A DNA stretch of 64,000 bases from Curvularia clavata (GCA_023920165.1 CP089275.1:3782001-3846000); one strand, 5' to 3'; shown: positions 17,278 through 35,504, counted from the stretch's first letter. Numbers and translations are program-made. Notes: generated by a model not told the origin, from the sequence alone.

Positions 17278-18227
17278 ACCCCAGGATCACGAGAGAAACA
17301 AGGAAGAAGGAAAATTTCTCTTGCCCCCCTTCCCGCAACACCAAGAACCCAGATCGTGAGACTTGCACACGTGCACAATGTTTGAGTTTTTTCTTCTTGC
17401 CAACGCGGCGGCTCGCTGATGTGGGTGTGGGTCGTCAAGCAAAGCATTGTTAGCCGTCCAAGTTCCAGAACGCCAAAGAAACCAAGGACAACGAGCACAC
17501 CGCAAGACGTCATCATTGAGGCTCTCACAAATGCCCTGACTATCCTTTCTTTGGTAACCATCATACTGCAAGTGGACAAGCAGCGATACGTGATCTCCGT
17601 TAACCGCTTAGCTCCCGACGGGAACTCGTGATGTCCAGGTGAGAAAAGGCCTTCGGCTTGTGTCGGCTCAGCACCATCAGACTTTTATACCGCGGAGGCC
17701 CACAGCAGGAACCTCACAGACGGTGGTATTGACACATGAGTTACCTTTAACGGTGATTTCGTGTGTCATAGCCTGCCCTGTTGTTAAATTGAGCGTTTCG
17801 ATCGTGCAGTCAGCGCGTTAGGTTATTGGTGGCTATTTGCGCCGAGCACTTGATGTGTGCCTGCATTGCGGCTCAACAGAAGGACTAAGAGCCTCGCCAC
17901 GGATGGAATTCGTAATGGCGAAATGGATACGTGCGATGGCGAGAGGAGGATCGAGGTTGAGGCTGTGGTACACAACGCACAGATCCGTGCCAGCGTCTTT
18001 GCCAAGAAAATGTAGCCGTCGTGCTTGGATTAACAGAGCCAATAACTATCGGCAGTTTGACCAAGTCAAGAAAATGTATATGTATTACCAAAAAAGAGTG
18101 GCGACTGGGTACACTATCAAGGAATGGCGACTCCATTATACCACTTAATATCCAAAAATATGACTGCTATAACGCCACTCTATGCCCGGGGATTCCGAAT
18201 AAGGTGTCATGAAAAGAAATCTATGAA

Positions 18228-19783
18228 TCAATGGCTGGCAGCGAATGTCCTGCTCTCCTTGTTTCCGTATGGCGAGTCGCTATCATCATCGGACTCGAGG
18301 CCTTCCAACTCAAACTCGTCGGCATCTCTTATCCTGGGATCCACTCTGCTGTAGCCGTTGGCATGTCCGTTCATATGAGGCGCTTCGGCATCAGCCTTGT
18401 CATCCTGTTCCCAAGTGTACACGGCATACAGGTGGATAAGCATATTGACAACTAGTATCACGTTAGTTGCAGTGAATTCAGAATGAGAATGGACCACTTA
18501 CAGAGGAACAGCAAGAAGGCAATGCTAAACAAGATTAACACATAAGACACGTGGGTGACATGCGCATTAGAAAGAAGTTCCATCTGCTCTTCCGTCGCGC
18601 CCATGAACATGAATCCGCCGGCCATGAGCAGGAAGGGCGTCATGTACTGGAAACTGTTGGGGTCGGAGCCATCACTTCTGATGGATGTCTTGTCCTTGAG
18701 CACGAACGAAATCTCAATCATGCGTGCAGCACCAGCAGCCATCAGAGTGTATCCAAAGACAGTATGGATCATGGTCGAGAGAGGTAAGTGCTGTGGGTGC
18801 GAGGACATGGCCCACCCTGTCACGAATATGACCATGCCTGGAATCAAGTTGCGCTTAGGCTGTCCGTTTCGTTTTCTGCTGAGCCAGATACCGACGAGGC
18901 CAGCGGCCCACCACACAATGCCCATGGAAGTATGTTGCAGGTCGTTGTGAACCCATGGTCCTCCCCATTTGTGCTCAGTGAAGGTATTAACACAGCCCCA
19001 GGCAGCGATGACAGCCGAATCAAAAAACTCCTGGCTCCTACCCGTCCGCCGCAGCCACATTTGTCCGACCAGGAGGAGAATTAGGAGAATAATTCCGTAT
19101 GCAATGAAGGCGCTTCCCATGATGAAGTGCGCCAAACACTGCCCAGTGTGGTCCTCCCTACAGAAACCCAGAGCCGTGATACCTCCGAAGAGAAACTGTA
19201 TCCAGGTGATTACTGGCAGAGCCTTGCCAAATACGCCATGCACCTTGACCACAACATTGCGGATCTTCCCGTTAATGCCTTTCTCCAGATGAAGCTTCAG
19301 GTAAACGCCCATTACGACCTGCGAGATCAAAACCAACATGATGAAGGGGACGAACGTCGAGTGGATGTTATCAGGAGAGAATTGTCTGCCGCCATGCTGG
19401 TGGCCTAGGAAGTAGCCGATGATTGCGAGGAGCGAACCGAGTGTCTGTACGGGGACATGCCATTTAGATCGTATTATCTGGGAAAGCCGTCAGTCTGAGC
19501 CTCGCCGGTTTGAATTGTTGTCGAGTATCGTACACCTAGCACCATGCCCGTGGGGAAGATGATGCCCCACGCGAACGACTGGATCAGGATGTGTATCCAT
19601 AGTACCGAGTCCTGTCAAAAGTTAGTGCGTGCCCATGGCAGGCTGGGCACTGATAGCGCATACAATTGGATCCGGTGAGACGGCATCGCCCTGCTGTATC
19701 TTGCTGACTTCGTGGACGTGTGCTGTAGCCATGGTGCTGTAGAGGAGCGCCACAAGGGCTGCTCTTCTTGTAACGGGATCCAT
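18228..19783 (-). CDS. YTP1: YTP1-like integral membrane protein
   Basis: Signal-like MDPVTRRAALVALLYSTMATAH; DSVLWIHILIQSFAWGIIFPTGMVLG; RSKWHVPVQ; GQCLAHFIMGSAFIAYG; SQEFFDS; DLQHTSMG; FMGATEEQM. Introns 19612-19663, 19478-19533 and 18452-18501 keep the frame. Confidence 0.85.
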
Positions 19784-20110
19784 CCTGCTGGTCGCGCTTC
19801 CGCCAATGTTCCGGGTGGCGCCACCTGCAGGTTCTGACGATAATGGAGATGATAGGGACGATGGGGAAAATGGAAATGCGCTGCGACGTGAAGAGTTTCA
19901 GAGCGGAATCGAGCGGGTACCAAGGCAGGAATCAGGTGGGGAAGGTGGGTGGAGAGCGCGTCGACCTCCTGTTGATGCGATTGTACGGAGTAATCTCGAG
20001 CTCACGTGCAACGGCCCCCTTCATTGGCTTCCGCAGCAACCCGTCCAGCAAACCACCACCACTGCCACCTCCGACAGACCCGCTCCTCTGCACCTCCAAT
20101 ATCAGCCGGC

Positions 20111-21543
20111 ATGGCTATCCATGAGGGCGTCACGGAAATCGCAGACTCAGATGAGGAGCCGATGACGTCTTCGCCTTTCGTGGGGGCTGACGATGCAGCC
20201 GACAAGCTTCCCGCCATGGCCTCCGACCAGCCCCAAGAGCTCCAAGACGCGCTTCAGAAACTCCATTCCAAACACCAAGTCCTGGGACAAGATGATGTCA
20301 AATCTACTCCACAGAGTACTGCTGCCTTGGGTGTCGATCGTTGTGGCGCTCAAGCCGACTTCGATGCGTCCAATACTGACCATACTGACGTGAAGCCTAA
20401 AGTTGCGATACACTCACAAATGAATCCTCCAGGGTTCGCCCCTGAGACTGTCCTTGTACCAGTTGCGAACAGCAGCATGAGGCAGCTGCCATCACCACCA
20501 CCAGGGCGAACACAACCCTGCACAGCTGCACACGCTCTGGATGGCAGTTCTGCGCCCAAAGATGCTCGCTCCAAATTTGCTGAGGATATGACTATTACGT
20601 GTGACTCAGAGGCTCATGATGGGCGAACGCATGCAGGACCAACTCATGTCGTGAGTAACGGTTCGTCGCAATCTAGATCGGAAGACATCCGTCAACATCA
20701 AAACGCAATCGAGTACTCGGACATCATTTACCCAAGCGAGAATGCAGTTTGTCGCAGACCACCTACTTACCCGCTTGTGTCATTACTCACATAAGTTAGG
20801 TGCACAGGTCCCAAGCTATGGGCATATCTGACACGACAAGGGCCCTTGCTGCTGCAGCGACGAACTCCTTGCCCCCAACTACCCTGGGGTTGACAGGACT
20901 AGTCTCAACCCCAGCTCCATCCAAAGAAGGGATAGCTATTCATCCAGGCCCTGATTCAAATCACATTCAGGACCAAAAATTGCCGATGAATGGGGGTGAT
21001 TGTAGACCAGATATCACATCCCGGGGGCCAACGGTCAAGACAGAAGAGGCCAGCCCATTCACACCGCAAATTCGGACTGTACCACCTCAAGAGGCATCAC
21101 AGCCGAGCGAAGCAAGTCAGGGTCTTGGTACAGGTGATACGGGCACCGAGACCACTTGCGAGTCTCAGCGCCAAGCACCCATAGGGGCCTCACCCACCAC
21201 CATGTTGACAAGTTCATCTAAGACTTCTCAGGATATCACTCTCTCGGAACTCAAAGCACAAAAGGCTTCCTTGTTGGCTTCACTGCGCAGTCTCCCCGCT
21301 ATCCAGGTGCTGATAGAGGAGATGGCGTCTTCAGATACTGGAGTAGATGGTGGATGTGACGAGCCTACTGATGCGGATATCATGAGCGCGGCGAACAAAG
21401 TCGTCAAGCAACATATTAAGCTATTGCATGAGTACAATGAACTGAAAGATGTAGGCCAGGGACTCATGGGGCTCATCGCCGATCAACGAGGCACCAGAAT
21501 TGTCGAGGTCCAAGAAGAGTTTGGCGTGGATGCAAAAGACTGA
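20111..21543 (+). CDS. swi5: Swi5/Sae3 family DNA-repair/recombination protein with long disordered N-terminal extension
   Basis: C-terminal HIKLLHEYNELKDVGQGLMGLIADQRGTRIVEVQEEFGV is the Swi5 domain signature. A phase-0 intron 20747-20799 (GTTTGT...CTCAC...TAG) joins ORFs 20006 and 20800; ATG at 20111. Confidence 0.78.
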
Positions 21544-23209
21544 TGGGCGAGCAAGTGTTAATAAGGGTCTGGCGGTCAAAAACGGGTGAGCGACATGGCG
21601 TCTGCTAGCGAGAGTAGCGGAAGTAGGAGGCAAAATGAGACGTCTCATGGGAAATCTGCTGGACCTGCTTATTCTCCCCATGTGGGCCATTCCGTCGGCT
21701 CCTCTTGCCCGTTGCTATTATCTGCTAACTGACCCACTTCTATGAACATGGCGATGCCCATTTGCCCATCTACCCGCTAACATGGAATTCTCTTTCTGTG
21801 CCAAGAATCTAGGAGCCACTTATTTTCGAATGTTCTCCGCAATCTTCGTGTACAATGCGTAGTGGAAGGCAAGGAACAGATCAGAGGTAGTTCAGTTTTT
21901 GTGGCAACAGACCTAAATGTGGCGGGGCTGAAGACATGCCGTCGATGGTCTGTGAGAACCCTCCGCGCCTAGCTACCAGCCACATGGTAGAAATCTTACG
22001 CAGCCAAACTCACGGGTCCCGAAGATGTCCCGATTGGGCTGAAAGCGATTCGGTGTATTTTTCGGCTGCAAGTAATCTCCTATGCCACGTTCCTCTAAAA
22101 CGGCAAAGAACAGATCCGCATCTGAAGAGTCTTGTACTCTACAAGAGATGAACATGGCCGCTGAACTGTGTGACAAATTAATCAGCCTGATATCTCATGA
22201 CTGTGCAAACCATGCAGCGGCCCGGCCAACTCCGGCCAACGGCCAGGCGTAAGGCCTCCAGAAATTTAACAAGGCATGTTCACAGCACCCTGTAGGGACT
22301 GCGGGTCTTCCTCGGTCAAGTCGACATTCATGGTCAGGGGCCGCGTCGGCGAGCCATGTGTGATGGCGCAAGCGACGAGGGAACTATGCTTCGAGAAGGT
22401 ATCAGTCGCCTCTCACAGTCTGGGGCTTGCCACTAACGTCTCGGTAGGTACCTGTCAGCCATTAGAGTGCCACCGCGGCGCAACGTACCACTACGGCAAG
22501 AAACCCCGCCGCCACGCTGATACACCTTGTGCTACAATAATCTCCAAAGTCGTTCCTGGTAGAGCGGCGGTGCGAACCTCTTGGATAGCGGGGCCGTACT
22601 TCGTGCAAGCCTCGGCGAGGGGCGTGTCAATCATGATCGGCGGGCCCGCACCAAATGAGCAAGGGACATATCGACTGCTAGTCGTGGTCCATCCAGCATG
22701 GCCGGATGCATTCTCGCGATATCTCATCGCACTATCCTGTACTACAACTTGCCTCTGATCAGTTGTGAGCAATAGAGTTTGGCATGGCGCTCTTGACGTC
22801 TGGCTAAAGCATTCTATCGCGGCTCGTTATCCGCTTCCAGTCAAGTCTGCCGCGCGATCCTATGCGCAAATCTGTTCCATTGCCGCATCGACCTCTTGGT
22901 CCAGTGGCGTTCTCTGGAGGTGATTGGTGAATTCAAGGCCTAGAGAACGAACTAGCCCGCTCGCTAGCAATTTTGCTCCACCGCAACTACGAGCCGTCCT
23001 GTCTAGTATCAGCTTGGTGCTAGTGAGCTCTCCAGTCATGGGTTTTACGGCACCTGTGCGCCTGCCGATACAGTAGGTAATGTCCCCTTGCTGGGGTCCA
23101 GAATCATATATACTGTTAATGGAGAGGCCCAGCGCCCTGGTACAGTAGGATCTATTTCACCGAACCATTCTCCTTCCCCCGGTATCCACAAGATACTTGG
23201 AACAGCATA

Positions 23210-24371
23210 ATGGCTTCTGTCCAGGATTTCCAACTTGCAGCCCTTGCTGCCGGCTTCACACTCGGGTTTGGCTTCTTGACGGTATGGGAGGCGGTCAAGC
23301 AGACAAAGCGAAATCACAGTCCGTTACGGTCTGCCTACATCTACATGGTATGGGGTGAGATCCTTGTCAACATCTTGATTGGCATCGTCGGATGGCTTTT
23401 CCTCAACGATGTGCTGGGACCAAGGTCAGTACCTCCTTCAACACTATTGTGACAAGGGACTGTCTACTAACACCCAGTGTCACAGTGTCCCAGTCCTGTT
23501 CTTCATCCTCTTCTTCTGGGTCTTCGAGATCCAGTTGCTCATGCAAATTATCATCAATCGAATCGCACTCATCGCCGAGCACCGCAGCACCATCCAGAAA
23601 CTCAAGTGGGGTACCGTTGCTTTCATCACCGCAATTAACATTGCCGTCTTTTGCATCTGGATTCCATCCCACACAGTCCCACCTGTCAGTGATACTTTTG
23701 TCAAGATCAACAATGTCTGGGATAAAATTTCCAAGGTCCTCATTCTCATCGTCGACGCGGCACTGAACTGGTACTTCCTTCGAACTGTCAGGATAAGGCT
23801 GGTGAACCAACACGGCTTGACCAAGTACGCGCCACTGATCAGCTTCAACGGAAAGCTCATGATTGTCTCCATTGCCATGGACGCCCTTCTCATCGGCCTC
23901 ATGTTCCTTCATAACCAGGTCGTCTATATCCAGTTCCACCCTGTCGTCTACATGGTTAAGCTCAACATCGAAATGTCCATGGCCTCGCTCGTCGTCCGCC
24001 TCGCCCAAGGCAAATCCCAAAACGACATGAGCCCAGAAGATTTCCCCAGCTCCACTGACCCCGAATCGCACACTCGTTCCGCCGGCGCCGTCCAATCCCT
24101 CCACCTCACCAACCGCTCCAAGCGTGGCCACACCGGCATGCGCAGCCCAGGCCTCAGCAAAATCGACAGCGACGAGAGCCTCGAGCTCGGCGGCATCCAG
24201 TGCCGTACCGAGCTGCGCATCACACACGAGGACCGAAAAGATACACACGAGCGAAGGGATTTTGCAGAAAGCAGCTCGCGAAGCAGCAACGAGGCGCCGG
24301 CGCCAAGCGTCTTCGGAGACGAAACTCCTCTGCATAAAAAGACGTTTAGAGTACAGGAAAAGGAGATGTAA
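23210..24371 (+). CDS. fungal multi-pass integral membrane protein (about 6-7 TM, possibly receptor-like)
   Basis: Multiple hydrophobic helices; YMVKLNIEMSMASL after the last helix; hydrophilic tail. Intron 23425-23485 (GTCAGT...ACTAAC...CAG) joins ORFs 23210 and 23379. Confidence 0.8.
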
Positions 24372-25419
24372 TGATGTAATTGTTCTTCCTTTTCCCCTTC
24401 CCGTTCGGTATTCTGATAGCCCTTTCTTTTCATATGTTCTATTGTGTAGCGATGTAGGCTCTCTATGTAGTCGTAGTTAATGTGATACCCGTAAGGAAAC
24501 AGGAACACTATAGTAATGAAATATTGAAATATGACAGCCTTGAGCTTCTCAGTTTTTTTGTTTGCTCCTTCATTCTCATGAATTGTGAATCCTACGTTGC
24601 GCGCGTTGGGCCCCCTGACTCAACAAGCAGCTGCAGTAGCAAAGGGGGCGAGGGGGTAGCGTCGCGTTGCGGGGGCGTTTGAGCAGCTCGCGGCAAAGTA
24701 CCTCGGGCAATTTGCCTCGCTAATCTGCTGATCATTCCTACTTGCTTTTTTCCTATCGACACTGCCAAGATCGCTTTCTGTTGCTTCCCCCGTTCCTGCA
24801 TTTGTATACCTACCTTTTTTTGCCCATGTGCCCGGATTTCTCCCGTTGTGCACATGACTCGCAACGGAGTTTTCCCCGTGTTTTTGACATGACCTTACTC
24901 GAAAATGTACATGCCCATGCGAGTTTCAGGTTTGCGTGCGGGGGTGTGCGATTCATTGTCCTTTTTTTGGTCTTTTGGTGTTGTTGTTGGGTGCAGGGAT
25001 CGGGTTGGATGCTGTTCGTGTTCTAGGCCCTGGGACTAGTTGCAGCCCTTCAAGAGGTTCATCGGTAAATGCCGTCGTGCTTCAGTCAAAGTAGCGGAAA
25101 TAAGCAAACACCACGTATGTATGACACACTCGTGGTGGCGGCGAAAGCTGTCATGGAGGGCCTGGACGTGTCACGGAACGGTCGGTCCTGTAGTGAGGTG
25201 CTGGCGCTTTAGCAGCCGATACTTTTTTTGCCTTCCAGGGACAATCAGGGGTAAATTTTGGGACCGATACGAGCCATCCGCCTTGCCAGTGTCGATCCTG
25301 AGTGGAGGGAGGAATGCCGAGGCTTGTGGCTGTGATGATGTTCATAGCCTGCGTATTGCATGGCTATATAGTGGGGACCAGAAGATGATCTGGGGAAATG
25401 TTCTGATGAGGAAAGTTTA

Positions 25420-25475
25420 ACGTGACGGATAAGCGAGTCGGTCAGGCAAGCGAGTCGGTCACCTCACCAACTTTG
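25420..25475 (+). repeat. left terminal inverted repeat
   Basis: ACGTGACGGATAAGCGAGTCGGTCAGGCAAGCGAGTCGGTCACCTCACCAACTTTG; contains the internal direct repeat AAGCGAGTCGGTCA twice. Confidence 0.95.
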
Positions 25476-25540
25476 CGCACCTCTATAAGCGTGTAGCTCC
25501 ACCACCATATAGCTATCTTAATATGTATTAATATAGGAAG

Positions 25541-27199
25541 TTAAGTAGTATCTACAGTATCCTTCTTACATGTACGTGAGTTATGGCCAGTCTCTCTACA
25601 TTTACTACAGCGCGCCAAAGCCTGGCGGCTCACACCTGATCGCTCCCCTCCTTGACGCTCTTCGTAAGCAATCTGCTGATCAGCCTCGCGTTGAGCGAGT
25701 AGATCCTCTCCAGCTCCCTTTGTAAGGACTCCTCGCTTCTGTATTCGCTTCTTTTTACGCTGTCTACGCTTTGTGGCTGTATCATTAGCCTTTTCAAGGC
25801 TGGCGATTCGATCGCGCATTAGCTCAGCTGAGAGTATCATTATCTCTGCCCCCTTCTTAAGCTGGCCAATCGCCGCAATAATTGAAGCTGGTGATGAGCT
25901 TTTGTGCTGTCGAACGCGATTACTTATTAATGTTGATTGAGCTTCAAGCTCGCGTACGTTGCTCGGCGTACAGGCCTGCCAGAGAGCTTCTGCGAGAGCT
26001 GGTAGAGCTGGCGTAGTTGGCGTACATAGCTGCACGTCAAGCTTTGATAGAACAGTATCTGGCTGGAGAGGAACAAGGCCTGCACCTCGAAAAGCTGAGC
26101 ATATATTGGCTGACGTGAATGATTGATCAAAGGCTGCCTTAAATGCTGGCAGAAACTCGAGCTTGGTGATGTGGTTGATGTGGTTGCGTATTAGGCTCTC
26201 TATCTCACGGCTATACGCGCGCTTCAATGGCGAGAAGCAGCCAACGTCAAGAGGCTGAAGAAGGTGAGACGAGTGAGGCGGCATACAGAGCGTGTAGATA
26301 TTGTTCTCCTTGCAGAGCTCTTGGAACTCAAGTGACTGGTGGCTCTCATGGCCGTCAAGAATAAGCAGCCGGCGTGACCCAACAACCTTGCCATCTGTAT
26401 GCTTGACAAAGTGCTTCAGCCACTCAACTCCTAGCTCATTGGTCGTCCAGCCATTATCGCTAACTGCGATAGCCCAGTTGCGTGGGATTTCTGCCTCCTC
26501 ATACCAGGCAGATAGGTGATACTTGCCAGTAAAGATTAGAAACAGTGGGATAGACCAGCCAGCTGCATTAATCCCAGCGATAAATGTTACCCACTCTCGG
26601 CCACCTGGCTGGACGGCCTTTGGCCGGCCTCTTCTCTCTGACGCTGTAATGATAAGCTGAGTAGTAATCTTGCCCATTGAGAAGCCAGCTTCGTCAAAGT
26701 TGTAGACGTCCTCGTCACAGATGCCGTACTTGGCCTTTGTCTGCTCCACAAGCTCAAACCAGCTCTTGATTAAGACTGGATCTTCACATAGAGCCCTCTG
26801 CCTATCGTACGCCCGACTAAAACGCGTCGTAAGACTGTCTGTACGCTTGACAAAGTTAGCTGGCCACTTCTGTCCAACCTGGCCAGCGCCGCGCGCAGCT
26901 AGCAGCTTATTAGCCATATCGCGCACAGCAGCGTAGGTAGGCGCAAATCCACGTAAGTCAAGATCAAGTATATGATTAGCTATCACATCTTCCTCTAGCT
27001 TAGTAAGTTTCTTTGAGTTGGGCTGGCAATCGCGTCGCACGCGCTTCCCAGCGCGTCGGTCAATTAGTGTTAATTTTGGAATATTAAAGGCTATAGCAGC
27101 GCGCCGGGTACTCTAGATTTGGTTTCTATTTAAAGAAGAGAGAGCAAGCTGAATATCTACTTCGTGAGAAATTGACTGAGAAGCGTGGCTTAGAGGCAT
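25541..27199 (-). pseudogene. pogo/Fot1 DDE transposase with an in-frame TAG at codon 29
   Basis: ATG at 27197-27199 gives MPLSHASQSISHEVDIQLALSSLNRNQI*STRRAA..., in frame with ORF 25541-27040. CENP-B-type HTH region; catalytic motifs YNFDEAGF, LLILDGHESH, LQPLDVGCF; C-terminal zinc knuckle CSKCRETGHNSRTC. Stop at 27113-27115. Confidence 0.9.
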
Positions 27200-27224
27200 T
27201 GTACGCAAAGGTGTGGTAGGTGAT

Positions 27225-27280
27225 CAAAGTTGGTGGGGTGACCGACTCGCTTGCCTGACCGACTCGCTTATCCGTCACGT
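27225..27280 (-). repeat. right terminal inverted repeat
   Basis: Reverse complement matches the left TIR except one C/T difference (CACCCCACC vs CACCTCACC). Confidence 0.95.
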
Positions 27281-27922
27281 TACTACTAATGGATTTAGGA
27301 GCGGGCCGATTCCGAGCAAAGATGGTCAGGCTGTCATAGCATTTCGCTTGATGGCGAGGCGGAGGCCTGTCCGCTGTCACAGACCAATAGTAGGATTGAA
27401 GAGATGACTGAAAGTTTATTTACTTGGTTCCTGAGTATTTATTCGGCAAAACTCTGGTGTTACATATGTATGATCGGGAAAAAGAAAAACACAATGCATG
27501 TGGCTCTAGCTGCATAGCGACCACTAACATTGAGCTATATAGACATAGCTCTAGACGGATCTGGGAATCTAGTCCCTTATGCCTATGCAGAAGATAACAG
27601 GAGTTGGACAATGTCAGATCTTGACTGCAGCTGAATCATATTCCTTTCTCGCGAATCAATGGACTGATTAGCTACACGAAGATGATTAGCAAGCACACGC
27701 TGCAGTGATGTCACCTCTGAGCCACTGTCCCATCGACGGTCTCACCCTGGGTGTATGACACGGCAACGGAAACCGTTTGCCTTTCATTTTCTACCACAGG
27801 AATCTCAGCATAGCATCAGGCGGTTTTCACAAGTGTCAGTTAAAAGATGTTGTATCATCAGAAAACGGATAAGAATGTACATAATTCCTATCAAGCTTAG
27901 TAATACATGAAGCTTCGCTATC

Positions 27923-32862
<4,940 letters not shown>

Positions 32863-33631
32863 CTACTTGTGGATGATTAGATGGGCCGTCATACAGGGAG
32901 TATTGACGGAGAGACTCGCAGCCGTAGCTGCTGCCCTTCACACTGCAGACATGTCGAGTGGTAGATGGAGCAGTGAAGACAGGGGGTATGACGGAATGTA
33001 GAAACTTTGCGGCCAGCGCATGCGCAGGTATGAAGTAGCGGTCGGTGGGGGCGATATGTTGGCGAGCCCCGCCATCCTGGGACCGCTCCCGCTCTCCTAC
33101 AACCAGTGATAAAACCGGGAAATCAAAATGAGTTAACCTACGCTATCAACATGGTTCTAAAAAAAATTGAGACGAATACAGATACATTTAGAAGTAGAGT
33201 CGCCAATGCCACGAGCACAGTAAATAACCAGTAGCTGTGACAAGTACAGCTGCTTTGAAAGTGGTGATGGGGTTTTGGAGGTCGCGTCATCCCTGCAGGG
33301 TCCGATCTGAGCCGCCCGACGCGACTTCCTCGAGCCTCAACGGCGACAGGCGCACATGACAAACACCGTCACAACCTCTACCGGCCTTAGGATGCGCTTC
33401 GTAATAGTCGCGCAGCGTCTTTGCATGTGTTGACGGCTGTCGTCCCCGTGCGCGACTCGCATTGTGCTCGTCCTTTCAACTGGCGCCCTGGAAGCCCCTC
33501 GTTTTCGGAGAGTAAACAAGCCGCCAAACAAACACCATCCTTGTGCCCGCACATCATCACCACCACTACTGCTCCTGGTCACCTTCAACCCAGCCCAGCT
33601 CCACCACCGCCTTTGGAGAGAAGACCTCACC

Positions 33632-35504
33632 ATGTTTTCTTGGATCACAGGCCCGCGCATTACCAATGCGATAGAGGACCTGCAGCCTGGTTCGTCTCAT
33701 TGTCGTGCGCGACAGCCGACATTTGCTAACGATAGAAGAGGACAACTACGAGTCCACCTTCATTGAACCACCTGAGACGCCAGCCCACCAGTTCGCAGTA
33801 AAAGCCTTCAAACATGCCATATTCGGGACACCTGCGCCCGGGGACGCAGATGATGCGTCAAAGAAGAGCGAGAGGAAAGCAAAGGTAGACGCGGCAAACG
33901 CCAGAGCCTTCGTGCTACCCGCGCCTAGGGAGAGTGGCCCACCCGTATCGCCGTCGAAGCAGCCAGGCGGAATTCTGATGACACCTGGCACCGCCAGCAA
34001 GGGAAGAAAGCAAGTGTCGTTTGGTTCGCAAGTGGTGGACAATGAAGGCAAGCGCGGCAACATCACTAGGAGCGGAATTCCCAACGACTGCCCGGGCAAG
34101 TTCCCGAGCCCATGGACTCCGGCCACACAATTGAAGCTTGACCCCGAAAGCGAGCAACGGCCACGCACTCGTCTCACTGAAGCCCTCCTAGACGCACGTA
34201 CGACTACGCAACCGAAATCCGGGCAAAAACCAAAAGCAAGGGACGACAGCGACATCACAATCGATCTGGGCGCGCCCCGGTCCGAATCGGGAACATACTG
34301 GAAGGAGCAGTACGAGAGCTATGCGGAGAAAAGCGAGAAGGAAATGAAAAAAGTCATTGCCAAGCAGCAACTGGCTAAGAAATTTGCTATGAAGAAGGAC
34401 GGCGAGGTAACCGAGCTAGTGAACAAACTGGAGCAAGAGCGAAAGCGGTACAAACAACGCGAGACGGAACTGGAGCAACAGAACAAAGATCTTCAAGAGC
34501 GCCTTCGTAAGACCATGGCCGAAAACATGTCGTCAAGCATGGAGATTGCGTCCCTCAAGACACGATTAGCAGTTCTTGAGGGTTCGAGTTCTGCGGTTGC
34601 ACCAAAGGTTTCACAGAACAAGACACCATTTGAGATTTATGAGGACGGAGCTAAAGACACCTCACGGCCTCTGCGTGGATCCGATCCGGATTACGAAATC
34701 TCATTTGGTCCATCCAACAGCATGGCGTCATCCACTAAGGAGAACACATCACCTCGGACTCGTCGTGCCCGTCGTGGCACTATCCCTGACACGCTCAATC
34801 GTCCAGTCCTTCCTTCTAGACTCGGCACGGCAGAAGGAGAGGCGTCCATCATTTTGGGCAAGTCACCCCGGGCACATCCACGTCCCTTTGAACCCATTTT
34901 GGAGAAGGCACTCGCATCTGTCCAGCAAGAAAAATCACCAAAATCGCCCTTGAAGATTCGCAGACCCGAACCAACAAAAGAGAACCACATCCTTGAATCA
35001 TCCGCTGCAATCAAACCTTCTAGTCCATTGCCAATGCCATCATCTCCTCATGATGACCTTTGGATGGACATGAACGACATCGGCCCGATAGCCCCCATGG
35101 ACAAGATGGCAATGCCTGTTTCTATAGGCCAACCATACACAAGACCTGAGTGGAATCCGCCGCCTAGGAAAGCCCGGCTTTCAAAACCTGATTCGAGCGT
35201 CAGGACAACAGAAATTGCTCAGTCTCAAGAAAGAGCCGCTGCACCAGAAAAGAGCAAGAACTCGGAATCTCAAAGGCGAAGAGATCGTGTGACTGAAGAG
35301 ACCACTCATATCTTGGAGCTTGAAGCAAAGCCAGTGGTTCCGGAAAAAGAAGTCGCCCGGCTTGATGACAGGAAGGTCGCGACGCGCCATGCTGAAGAGT
35401 CTACACAAGCGAACCCCGATCGAAGCCAGAACCGTGAACGAGATCCGAGGAAAAGGTTGGAAGAGAGGAAGAAACTGCGGAAACAAGCTGCCACGAAATG
35501 CTAA
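33632..35504 (+). CDS. Cut12-like spindle pole body-associated coiled-coil protein
   Basis: EPPETPAHQFAVKAFKHAIFGTP, PGGILMTPGTA..KQVSFG and CPGKFPSPWTP resemble fungal Cut12 proteins from recall, followed by coiled coil. ATG 33632 (MFSWITG); intron 33690-33735 (GTTCGT...GCTAAC...TAG). Confidence 0.78.

Larger units (their letters stand above)
25420..27280 (-). mobile_element. Fot1/pogo-family (Tc1-mariner superfamily) DNA transposon, full length, 1861 bp
   Basis: 56-bp terminal inverted repeats 25420-25475 and 27225-27280 with 1 mismatch; TA target-site duplication at 25418-25419 and 27281-27282; internal transposase frame. Confidence 0.97.

Noticed and set aside
22276..22772. Overlapping 160-aa (+) and 93-aa (-) ORFs upstream of the membrane-protein gene
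   Set aside because: No domain similarity or convincing splice structure that I can see; treated as intergenic.
23403..24335. 310-aa antisense ORF over the membrane-protein gene
   Set aside because: Shadow ORF expected from the codon bias of the plus-strand gene; no recognisable motif.
25420..25475. Repeated AAGCGAGTCGGTCA units as a CRISPR-like array
   Set aside because: They are internal repeats of the transposon TIRs; eukaryotic context, no spacers, no cas genes.
27113..27115. Transposase TAG as an A-to-I editable stop
   Set aside because: A CAG-to-TAG RIP-type change is simpler, and I know of no evidence for such mRNA editing in the inferred lineage.
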